Below, piece by piece: positions 9,876-19,404 of a stretch of 29,409 nt of DNA. Below the pieces are notes generated by a model. The model saw nothing but the letters and a program-made list of their open reading frames with translations. It had not been told where the DNA came from and did no database searches. Each line of letters starts with the position of its first letter. The first letter of the stretch is position 1. The stretch is from Zygophlyctis sp. KS116. Taxonomy: Eukaryota; Fungi; Chytridiomycota. Made by a program: the position numbers and the translations under genes. The DNA lies in the NCBI GenBank assembly GCA_054661495.1, contig BAAFSQ010000116.1, positions 1-29,409 of the forward strand, given 5' to 3'.

Positions 9876-11438
9876 ATGAAATTACTTTTAATAATTGCAT
9901 TTGCATCGGATGCATATAATCTTTTTCATTTAGTGAACGCTGCAGAGCCAAGTTCAAGTCTGTTTCACACTCCGGATTCTACAAATTCAGAAAATACTCA
10001 TGGGATTTTTAGAAATATTCAAGATCGACCAGAACAAGGTCTGAGGCCTCTTAATCCAAGGTTAAATCCCAATCCAGAAGATGGTTTTAGAACTCCAAAT
10101 AATCGTCCGAATCTAGCAGGTGTTGACAGAGATATGCTTTTTCTCCCTAGCTTTGGCAGTCATGGTGAAACTTCTAGTATGGACAGTAGTTCACCAGAGA
10201 TCTTGCGAGGAAATTCATGGCTTTATCCTAATGGACAAGAAAATCAAATCTTAAGAAATCTACGATTTGAGTCTCCTGTTGGAGATAGGAATGGTGCAAT
10301 TGGACATGTTAATCCAAATATACTACTACCTGGTATTTTGGATGGGGATGGGCAGATAAGATTAAGACCCCGTCCTCAAAATTTGGGGTTTCTAGGAAAT
10401 CAAAATCATTTAAGATTTCCAATTCATGCTAATGCAGATCAAGTTTTAAGAACTCCTATCAGAACAGAAAATGGCAATAATGCAGAACCTGGTTTAAGAA
10501 GTCCGGTGAATCAAGGTATTAATGATGGTCAGGCTGCTCTTCAAGATAATGGAATTAATTTAAGACCCCGTCCTCAAAATCTGGATTTTTTAGGAAATCA
10601 AAATCTTCCACGAGATAATCGACCAATCAATGCTATTCCAGAACAAAGGCATCGGGGCTTTAGACTAAATTTCAGATCCCGTCCTCAAAATCAACATCCT
10701 CAAAGAATCAACCAACCAATTCATGTCAATCTAGAACAAGGTCTTCCTATTAGGAGAGGAAACGACATTAATGCAGAACAAGGTTTTAGAACTCCAGTGA
10801 ATCAAAGAGTTGATGACATTAATGCAGAACAAGGTTTTAGAACACCAGTGGATCAAAGAGTTGATGACATTAATGCAGAACAAGGTTTTAGAACACCAGT
10901 GGATCAAATAGTGAATGATGGCCAAGCTGCTCTTCAAGATTCGAGGCCCAATGCTAATCCAGAACAAAGGCATCGGGGCCTTAGACTAAATTTCAGATCC
11001 CGTCCTCAAAATCAACGTTTATCAGAAAATCTGAATCAACCGCCTCAAAGAATCAACCAACCAATTCATGTCAATCCAGAACAAGATCTTCCTATTGGAA
11101 GAGGAAACGACATTAATGCAGAACAAGGTTTTAGAACTCCTCCATTCAATAATCAGTTAAGTCCTTTTGAAGTTCCAGTTTTGGCAAGGAGACCAGCCCA
11201 ACCAATTCAATTACCGAATATAGAATCTCAAAGAGCACAAGGAGAGTCTGTGCTTCAACCAGGTCGACGTGAAAGAAATCCATTTAGAGGAATATTTGGT
11301 TATTTGGGGCGTCCATCAGCCGGAAGAGTCAATCAACATGGGAATATTAATCCAGAAGCAGGAAATAATCTACCAGCTATTCGCAATCCATCGACTCCTA
11401 GAACTCCTCGAACTCCGATCCTACCTTTTAGATTTTAA
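9876..11438 (+). CDS. Intronless, putatively secreted, disordered N/Q/P/R-rich repeat protein (effector-like)
   Basis: 520-aa ORF with hydrophobic N-terminus MKLLLIIAFA...VNA, no Cys, no Lys after residue 2, and in-frame internal repeats. Confidence 0.75.
   Translation: MKLLLIIAFASDAYNLFHLVNAAEPSSSLFHTPDSTNSENTHGIFRNIQDRPEQGLRPLNPRLNPNPEDGFRTPNNRPNLAGVDRDMLFLPSFGSHGETSSMDSSSPEILRGNSWLYPNGQENQILRNLRFESPVGDRNGAIGHVNPNILLPGILDGDGQIRLRPRPQNLGFLGNQNHLRFPIHANADQVLRTPIRTENGNNAEPGLRSPVNQGINDGQAALQDNGINLRPRPQNLDFLGNQNLPRDNRPINAIPEQRHRGFRLNFRSRPQNQHPQRINQPIHVNLEQGLPIRRGNDINAEQGFRTPVNQRVDDINAEQGFRTPVDQRVDDINAEQGFRTPVDQIVNDGQAALQDSRPNANPEQRHRGLRLNFRSRPQNQRLSENLNQPPQRINQPIHVNPEQDLPIGRGNDINAEQGFRTPPFNNQLSPFEVPVLARRPAQPIQLPNIESQRAQGESVLQPGRRERNPFRGIFGYLGRPSAGRVNQHGNINPEAGNNLPAIRNPSTPRTPRTPILPFRF
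10638..11140 (+). repeat. Coding repeats: 51-nt unit (DINAEQGFRTPVxQRVD) in ~3 copies at 10764-10908, nested in a larger duplication (~10638-10795 vs ~10959-11140)
   Basis: gacattaatgcagaacaaggttttagaac occurs 4 times. ccagaacaaaggcatcggggc...cgtcctcaaaatcaac occurs twice. Confidence 0.9.
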
Positions 11439-11442
11439 GAAA

Positions 11443-12285
11443 ATGACAAAATCTTTAAAAACTTTGCAGGACTTTAATTCTTTTATCAACTCCCCAACTC
11501 CATTATCCATTGTTTATTTTACAGCTGTGTGGTGTGGTCCATGTCAGGCAATTAAACCTTATGTTGAGAAGCTGGCACAAGAAAGCACAAATCTGGCTAT
11601 CGGTAAAGTAGATGTAGACAAAAATTCGGTAGCTTGATAATATACTTACTTAAAGGAAACTGCTGCCCATCAAGGAGTTTCTTCAATGCCGACGTTTCAA
11701 TTCTTCAAAGGCGGAAAGAAGGTTGCGCAAGTTGTTGGTGCGAATCCTGAAGCATTGATTCAAGCTATTGCACAATTCAGTGTCGAAAGTGACCCTGTGG
11801 AAAAGGATTCTGATGCTCCAAATGGTCAAGTCAATCTAAAAAGTTGTATTGCGCAGGTGGATTGTCTCAATCAGCAAGCGACTAATACCATCAAGCAGAT
11901 GATGGAAGGAAAAGGATGGCTTGAATCTGATGTGGACGAGCAACTTATGATTTCTATCTCATTTAATCAGGCAGTAAAGTTGCATACTTTGAAAATTACC
12001 AATACTAAAGAGCATTCTGATCAGGCTCCAAAAACTATAAAGACATTTATTAATCAGCCGGCTCTTCCCTCATTTGAACAAGGAGAATCTGGGCCTAATG
12101 TTGAAATGTTGGTCAAATCTGGAGATGTAATTCCTCTAAAATACGTGCGGTATCAGTCTGTTCATCAATTAACGCTATTTGTTTTAGATAATCAGACAGA
12201 TGCTGAGACAACTATCATAGACTCATTAGTATGCTATGGGACTCCAGTTGAGACTACAAACATGAAAGAATGGAATAAGGAATAG
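11443..12285 (+). CDS. TXNL1: Thioredoxin-like protein 1 (Trx + PITH domain); one 27-nt intron
   Basis: FTAVWCGPC and SMPTFQFFK; PITH motifs LESDVDEQL, APKTIKTFIN and PLKYVRYQSV. Confidence 0.92.
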
Positions 12286-13675
12286 CTAAATAAACTTTCT
12301 TGGTTCTCTTTTTCTAACTAAAGCCAATAAGCCGTATACTATAATAGCTGCTCCGATAATTGATCCGGTGTATTTTACCCATGACCACGCGCTGTTGCTT
12401 TCAGAGAAGAAATGTCCAATATGACTAGTTGTTTGGTGATGAGCTTCCTCAATCATATTGTGTGCCTCTGTAATTCTTTCATGAACATCTCCCAAACCTT
12501 GCTTGATCGCAACGGCCCCACTGTTTATCGAATTAGAAAACTTATCAATCTTATCGATTAAAGTATTCACTTTAGCAGACAAAGCCTCCACCTTTTCTTC
12601 CAAATGTCTAAAGTCTGATTTTGAAGAATCAGTGCCTGAAGAGGTTGATTTTTGCGAACCATCTTTATAATTATTATTCAAATGTTCCAATTGTGATATT
12701 ATATGAAACTGAGTTTCCAAAATATGCTGAACAGTCTCTCCAGTTACTGCATCACCATAAGATTCACTTTCAGTCTTTTCTTTTTCTACTTGATCTACAA
12801 TATGTTGAATATGTTCAATTTTCTAAATAATTAAATTAAAAAGAAAAACCTTTTTTTCCTCACTAGTCAACTCTTTTTTTTGATGATCTAAATGCTTTTT
12901 TGCAGGAGGATTTATCTGATAAACATCTAGAGAAAATAAATCATGATCATCCGCTAAATTAAAACTGTTAGCACTTATTCCTATATACTGACCACTTATT
13001 GGAGTTTTCAATTTTAAATTTGCTTCAAAGCATTTGATAAAATTCTTTCCATGATGAAGCGCATCAGTAAAAACACTTAACTTGTGTGATAAAATCATAA
13101 TTCTTAAATGAAATTTGTCAGGAGTATTCCTATAATTACTAAAACATCCACCAAGAACATTTGAAGTTTTTGATATATAGTCTAAAAAATCTGAAGCTTT
13201 TCTAGTCCCATCATTTTCAACTCCAAAAATATAAGGATCTTTTCTAGTAATGGCCTTATCTGAAGTACTTAGTATAACACCAAAACCTTCATTTAAAATA
13301 ATTTCAAAGAATACCATTAAAATCCTCATTTCTTCCATAATATAATTCATTTTCAGTCTTTAGAGCATTTGAAATCCAAATCCCGAATCCATTTCCTCCA
13401 ACAAATCCTCTTCCGGACACGGTAATAGCAACATCAATGATTACATTATCATATGATAAATCATTTGCAGAGAACAAGAATCCATGTTTATTCGGGATAC
13501 TAGGAGATACTCTAATAAACCTGTCAGAGAAGGAAATGTCACCGCCAGAATTAAAACCGAGTGCAGTTCCATTAAATGGATATTTTAGAGAGAGTTTATA
13601 ATCATGTTTAAGAGACTCTGGAAAGGTTGAGCCTGCAAGAAAATGCGCAAAATAGCCAAGAATAATCAATAACAT
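12286..13675 (-). CDS. L-type lectin cargo receptor (ERGIC-53/Emp47/VIP36 family); 2 introns
   Basis: Signal peptide, GGNGFGIW, YIGISA...DDHDL, coiled coil, TM helix and C-terminal RKFI (KKFF-like). Confidence 0.85.
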
Positions 13676-13796
13676 TTACAGATTCTAAAGTTGCGAAGAC
13701 GAAATTCTTGCGATCGCACGAGACTAGGCGCACGGCTATGCTGACGGCTATGATGATGCCTGTGGTCGGTTGAGTGGTTTTACATTTTCAAAAATA
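13676..13796. promoter_or_regulatory. 121-nt divergent promoter region (lectin / ZnT)
   Basis: Lies between head-to-head ATGs. CpG-rich, with palindrome TGCGATCGCA and direct repeat ACGGCTATG(C/A)TGA x2. Confidence 0.55.
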
Positions 13797-15122
13797 ATGA
13801 AGAGAGAGAACAGACTCATATTCTTGGCTATATTTACCTTTTCTTACTTTTTGATAGAACTATTTGTAGGCTATGCTGCTGGTTCAATTGCTTTAATTGC
13901 AGATTCATTTCATATGCTCTCGGATGTTGCGTCAATTGTTGTTGCTTATTATGCTATAAAGTTGGCTGCTAGATCCACTGCAGGGCCTAGATATACTTAT
14001 GGATTACAAAGAGCAGAAGTTTTGGGAGCTCTGATGAATTCGGTTTCTTTAATTACTCTATGCATCACTATATTATTAGAGGCAATTCAAAGATTTTTTG
14101 AGCCGGTTAGAATAGAACGGCCTATTCTGGTTATAGCGGTTGGATCGGTTGGTCTTTTATTTAATTTAGTGGGAATGGGATTATTTCATGAACATGCGCA
14201 TCATGGACATTCTCACGGACATTCTCATGAGCACAGTCATCATGGACATTCTCATGAAGAACATGCTCATGATGGACATGCTCATGAAAAACATAGTCAT
14301 GTTAATAGTCCACACTCAAACTCACATTCTACTGCTGTAGATGATGATTTAGATGAGGCTTTTGGTACTCATGAGAGAGAAAGTTCGGCTGGATTGGAAT
14401 TATTTCCTACTACAGTTTTAGGAGCTGAAATTATTTCTTATGCTGAGAGAATGTCTACAGATCCTCTTGTAGATATGGAGAAACAGACGCTTGGAACTTT
14501 AAAAGATAATAAGAAGGAAGGGCATTTAAATGATCATGGAGTGTTTTTACATATCTTGGGAGATGCTTTAGGATCTTTGGGTGTCATAATATCTTCTGTA
14601 ATAATATTATTGGCAAAGGATGATTGGAAATATTATGCTGATCCTGTTATATCAGTTTTAATAACTCTAATGATTCTTATTAGTACAATTCCATTGGTAA
14701 AATCTGCTGCTTTTATACTTTTACAAGGTGATTTATATATTTTAAACAGAATAGGAGTTCCAACAAGTATTGAGATTGAAAATCTTAAATCAGAAATATG
14801 TCAGATTCCTGGCGTAGTTGGAATTCATGAATTACATATTTGGCAACTTTCTGATACTAAAGCAGTTGGCTCTGTTCATGTTATACTAAAAGAGCCAAAG
14901 ACTGGGGAACAAGTTTTGAGATCACACAGGGAAATTTCTGAAAATATCAAGAAAACTTTACATGGACATGGTATTCATTCAACTACTGTACAAACTGAAT
15001 ATGAAGATAAATCCGTTAAATTTCCTGAAGAGGAAGAACAATCTCCGGATGAGTATACATGTCTTTTGACTTGTCAATCTAACTCTTGTCAAACTCAGGT
15101 TTGCTGTCCTCAGAATAAATGA
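13797..15122 (+). CDS. CDF family zinc transporter (ZnT1/Zrc1/Cot1-like); in-frame 27-nt intron 14728-14754
   Basis: SIALIADSFHMLSD, TYGLQRAEVLGA, His-rich loop, GVFLHILGDALGS, HELHIWQL and GIHSTTVQ. Confidence 0.93.
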   Translation: MKRENRLIFLAIFTFSYFLIELFVGYAAGSIALIADSFHMLSDVASIVVAYYAIKLAARSTAGPRYTYGLQRAEVLGALMNSVSLITLCITILLEAIQRFFEPVRIERPILVIAVGSVGLLFNLVGMGLFHEHAHHGHSHGHSHEHSHHGHSHEEHAHDGHAHEKHSHVNSPHSNSHSTAVDDDLDEAFGTHERESSAGLELFPTTVLGAEIISYAERMSTDPLVDMEKQTLGTLKDNKKEGHLNDHGVFLHILGDALGSLGVIISSVIILLAKDDWKYYADPVISVLITLMILISTIPLVKSAAFILLQGDLYILNRIGVPTSIEIENLKSEICQIPGVVGIHELHIWQLSDTKAVGSVHVILKEPKTGEQVLRSHREISENIKKTLHGHGIHSTTVQTEYEDKSVKFPEEEEQSPDEYTCLLTCQSNSCQTQVCCPQNK

Positions 15123-15188
15123 TTTTTCATTAATTTAAAATTCTCTACTTTTTCTGAAATTTCTAAACAGTTTATTTATAATTTCCAG

Positions 15189-16061
15189 TCATTCATCGTC
15201 AGTCAATATAGTCAAGTTCAATTCTAGTTTAGTTTGGAACAATTCAATATCACTGATGGCGCACATAACCCATTGAGACACCAACTTTTGACGTTTTTGA
15301 GAGATTTCAATGAGTGTGCAAGATATCTCCTTTACTTGACTCTTAAATTCCAAAATTAGCTGATCGCTAATAGGCATCTTCTTGGCTATATTTTTCGTAA
15401 TCAGAATACACATTTCTTTCAGGTCTTGTGCCGCAACCTGTCCAGACGTTATGTTTTCACGATAAATCTCCCCATAATACATATCACCACCATCTTTCTT
15501 GGGCTTATTAATCATCCCATTCAGCTAAATTTAAAAAATAAATACAGACAATACCATCTTCTTCATTTGAGCAAGCACATCAATCCCTACAGCTGAGTCT
15601 ATTTTGAATGTCGTCAGAGGCTTTGCAAAATCTACAAGACTATCATAAAGAGAGTCTAGATCATTATATATCGGAAGAAAATCTTGATTAGCTTTCCAAA
15701 GCGGCTTCATTAAAACCTGAAATGAATCCCAAGAAACGACCATGTTATCATGGAATATGATTTGTTCACTTTGAAAGACTTGAATTTTATCCTCTAGATC
15801 TAGACAAGCGTCAAGAAGTGATGCAGAGTTCCGATGAATTTTATCAATTGTACCAAACCATTTCCTCTTGACCTGTATTAGCTGTGATAGTATATCATTC
15901 ATGACTATGACTAGCCCAGCATTAACATGGGTATTTTCTGTTCGGACAAAATCAACCTTGTCCGAAGAATTGTTTGTACTATTGCTGATGGGAGTATAAC
16001 TTCCTTGATTTAAATAAGAATCTGACATTTTGAATTTCCTCTTGGCTGATTTATCCTTCAT
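15189..16061 (-). CDS. Uncharacterised helical protein, paralog B; phase-0 intron 15525-15554
   Basis: Spliced ORF carrying PLWKANQDF..IYNDLDSLYDSL and EISQKRQKLVSQWVMCAISDIE. Confidence 0.8.
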
Positions 16062-16197
16062 TGGATTAAATTGTTTATGTTTGGATTGATGTTTATCACT
16101 GGACTAGCGCATCGAAGGCGGCATTAAATAAAGAATCATTTACTCACCTCAGCCATAAATCAAAAGTTGATCTATTTATTCAGAGCATATTATAAAT

Positions 16198-16941
16198 CTA
16201 AAAACTTGGATCTAATTTACAATCCAAGTAATCAAGATCAGTAATCGCAATTTTGACCCATTTCTTTGCCAGCAAAAGTCTTTTTTCACTAATATCTAAT
16301 AATTCTCTACTGACAATCTTTACACTCTCTCTAAATTCTACAACACCATCTTCAGATTCTTGCTGTAAGAGTCTAAAACAATTTTCCTTTAATACAGCAA
16401 TCACCGATTTTCCAGCAAAGAATGAGTTTGCTAAACTTTGATTTAGACTAGATACATCTAATTTAGCTTTAATTTCCAACTTATTATTATTTTCTTTTAA
16501 AATTACATTTTGAGTAGTGAGTCTTGAGATTTTATATGCGTGACTAATACGTACTAAATCATTGTACAAGGTTGATAAATCATTGTAAACAGCTGTAATT
16601 TCCTGATTTAAATTCCATAGAGGATCCATGATTGTTGTTAAAACTTTAGGAATTGATTTTAATACAAATCGATTCTCGCAATAATCCTGTAAACTGCATT
16701 CTAAATTACTAGAATACTCTAGTAAAATGATTGACAGATTAAATATCTTTTCAGACTTTTGCAAAAACTCTTTTTTCCTCTCTTTAACATGATTAGATAA
16801 TTTATCTAAACGATCCCATTCAGACTTTGATATTTGTCGATAACTCCTCAGATAGGCCCTGTTGGCGCTAGAGCTCAAATCAATTATAAAAGAGTTTGGA
16901 TCAGACGTTTTCCTTTTGAAAGATTCTAATGCATTTGCCAT
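16198..16941 (-). CDS. Uncharacterised helical protein, paralog C; probable in-frame phase-0 intron 16480-16506
   Basis: Carries PLWNLNQEI..VYNDLSTLYNDL and DISEKRLLLAKKWVKIAITDLD. Confidence 0.8.
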   Translation of the reverse strand: MANALESFKRKTSDPNSFIIDLSSSANRAYLRSYRQISKSEWDRLDKLSNHVKERKKEFLQKSEKIFNLSIILLEYSSNLECSLQDYCENRFVLKSIPKVLTTIMDPLWNLNQEITAVYNDLSTLYNDLVRISHAYKISRLTTQNVILKENNNKLEIKAKLDVSSLNQSLANSFFAGKSVIAVLKENCFRLLQQESEDGVVEFRESVKIVSRELLDISEKRLLLAKKWVKIAITDLDYLDCKLDPSF

Positions 16942-17290
16942 TTTAATTGTTTACAATCCTTTATCCAAGAATTGGATTCGTAAAGACTGCAGATCCGTCC
17001 AACGGACACGTTTCTTACCATCGCGATATGCGCAAGTAAAGATTGACATGGCAATCGTAATCATGACCCGGAACTAGACTTTATAACGACTATTATTCTT
17101 ACATCATCTTAAATCTCTACACAATAGCAAAAATTTACAACTTTTTATTGGATGAAAACCAAATGACTCCAGAAACCAATAGCTGGCTTACTTAAATCTT
17201 TGCGATTAATCAGATCCAAAGACTAGATTATGCTATTAATGAAATACTATTTAGAAACATGTAGAATAAAACCAAAGTGCAATAACAGAC

Positions 17291-18078
17291 TCAAAGATCT
17301 GCAAGTGCATCTTCTGCCTTAAACTTCATGATTTCTACATTTGTTGTAGCTGTATTAATCCATTTCTTACAATCTTCTTGATGTTTTTGACTCTGAGATA
17401 AAGTCACTAAAACTATTTTCTTAATTTCTTCCAATAAATCTGAAGATTGAGAGATATGCAAAGACTTTAAAGTCATTAGTCTTGAACAATGTTCTTTTAA
17501 AGTAGCTACCATAGCTTTTCCAGCCTTTACAGATTCAAAAATCCTTAAATTTCCATTCCTAATAAAATTAGGACAATCTTTTAATTCTTTCAACTAGAAA
17601 TTAATGATTAAAGTTTTACTCTTGTAATTTGATTTACAATTTCCCAATCCTTTTCTTGTTGTTTTTCTGAACTTGTAAAAGATCTTAATTCAGTATATAA
17701 AAAATCCAATTCTCCAAAAAGAGATAGCATTTGATCATTCAAGTCCCATAAAGGTTCTAAAACCAAATCTAGTACTTTCCAGATTAAATCCAATCGACCT
17801 GAAGGAATTTTATTTAATTCCAGAATTTTGATTATATTTTGACAATGCATTGTGTATTCTAGAATTCTAATAGCAAATTCTGAATTTAATTCCATTTTTG
17901 AATTCCAATATTCAAGTAGAGTGTCCAAACGGTCAATTATCATTTCTAGATATATCATCTTGTTATCCAATTCATCTTTTAAATCTAAATGTCCAGAATC
18001 GGACATGATAACATCTAATCCTGTACAGTCCTGGTCTTGTCTGATGGTCTGTCTTGATAATACACTTGTAATTCTCAT
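17291..18078 (-). CDS. Uncharacterised helical protein, paralog D; phase-0 intron 17594-17619
   Basis: First in-frame ATG at 18078. Carries PLWDLNDQM..LFGELDFLYTEL and SQSQKHQEDCKKWINTATTNVE. Confidence 0.78.
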
Positions 18079-18410
18079 TTCAATCTTTTTAGAAATATAA
18101 CAGGAATGATCAGCGGCTGAAACTGTGTCCGACTTGGATCTTTGGTCCGTCACATCGCGCGATTCTGTAGATGGTCTCAATGATCGGAATGCGCCGATTC
18201 AATGGTCCATCGTTGATCTGGTTGGATTAGTAATTTTTACCTTTTCTAATCTTGTCTCATCTTGTCTTTTCTGGATTGCCTAGATTTTTTCAAAATTTTC
18301 AAGATTTTTTCTAGATTGTCTCCCAGTTCACTTGTTTTGAAAAATAAATTTTATAATAATCTTATGAAATATTTTATTGAAAGACAAGTTTTCAAATCTA
18401 CTAGACACTT

Positions 18411-19108
18411 TTAAAAGAATAGTCCTGATTTGAGTTGTGCATCATGATAACCATCTAATGGCATGGATTCAACGCGAAATTGCAGAAGAGCAATGTCTGA
18501 AATATTACTTAATCCCCATTTTTTAAGGATTTTAAGTCGCTGATCAGATACAAATAATAGTTCCTTGCTATAATTTGTAATTTCAGTCTTGTATTTAGAC
18601 ATTACAGGTTCAGAAAAATATTCTAAACTTTCAGAGCGATATACAAGATCTTCAAGTTTTGAAATTAGTAATGACCATTCGGAAATACTAGTAGTACAAG
18701 ACTCTGGAGCGTCTATTAATTTCCTGGATTCGAATATTTTACTAGATTCCTAAAATTTAGAATTATTTTAAATACTAGATGGAATTCAATCAAGGGATAA
18801 GATGCAATATGAGTAGTAGTAGACTGAAGACCACATTCTACCAAACGACTATACAATAGATTTATATGATTGTAAATAATCATTAAATCTTCATTCATGG
18901 CTAATATACAGTTATTGTTTTTTAGAATCTGTGATATAGATCCCAAGTATGTTTTTAGAGGGATATTTCCCATGGCGATGACTTTCAGTCCATGCTCTAG
19001 AATTATTTTTGAGACTAGAAATGTTGCTTCTATATCTTGAATCTTGTTCATATTATCTTGGGCCTTGTCCTGTAAATGGTTTAGTTGATGCAATAGTTTA
19101 GTGCTCAT
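18411..19108 (-). CDS. Uncharacterised helical protein, paralog E; phase-0 intron 18750-18775
   Basis: Carries ILAMNEDLMIIYNHINLLYSRL and FVSDQRLKILKKWGLSNISDIA. Removing the intron joins the two ORF-track pieces. Confidence 0.75.
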
Positions 19109-19404
19109 TAAAGTTTTTTGGTTTTTAAATGTTTGGACACTTGCCGATCAGGCCGATCAGTCAATCTTTTCAAGTCGATCTTTGGCGTCTGGCATCGTCT
19201 TTCGGCTGATTGGTCAATCCGGGATTTGCGGATTTGAGTCGGTTCATCGGGTTTCAAGGCATCTGATCTCCTGGATCCATTCGATTCTCTGGAAATCAAA
19301 ATTTTTACAGCTGGATCTAGATCTCTGAATGCAGGAGAATTTATAGATTATCTTTGAAACAAAAATTTTATTATAATAATCTTTTAATCATTTGCCTACA
19401 AGAA

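Noticed and set aside
10764-10908. CRISPR-like array
   Set aside because: The units are tandem 51-nt in-frame coding repeats with near-identical 'spacers'. The context is eukaryotic and there are no cas genes.
14190-14330. His-rich repeat in the zinc transporter
   Set aside because: A normal cytosolic loop of ZnT/CDF proteins.
17161-17173. 13-mer AAATGACTCCAGA also present in reverse at 1935-1947
   Set aside because: A single 13-nt match is expected by chance in 29 kb of AT-rich DNA, and the orientation relative to the paralogs differs.
18079-18180. N-terminal extension of paralog D from the ORF track
   Set aside because: It begins at TTG with a stop shortly upstream. The first ATG is 18078.
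18235-18320. Low-complexity CTAGATTTTT/TCTTGTCT tract as a mobile element
   Set aside because: No terminal repeats, target-site duplication or coding capacity visible.
19101-19328. ORFs 19108-19299 (-) and 19101-19328 (+)
   Set aside because: Non-ATG starts in a GC-richer promoter-like tract upstream of paralog E, with no recognisable protein features.
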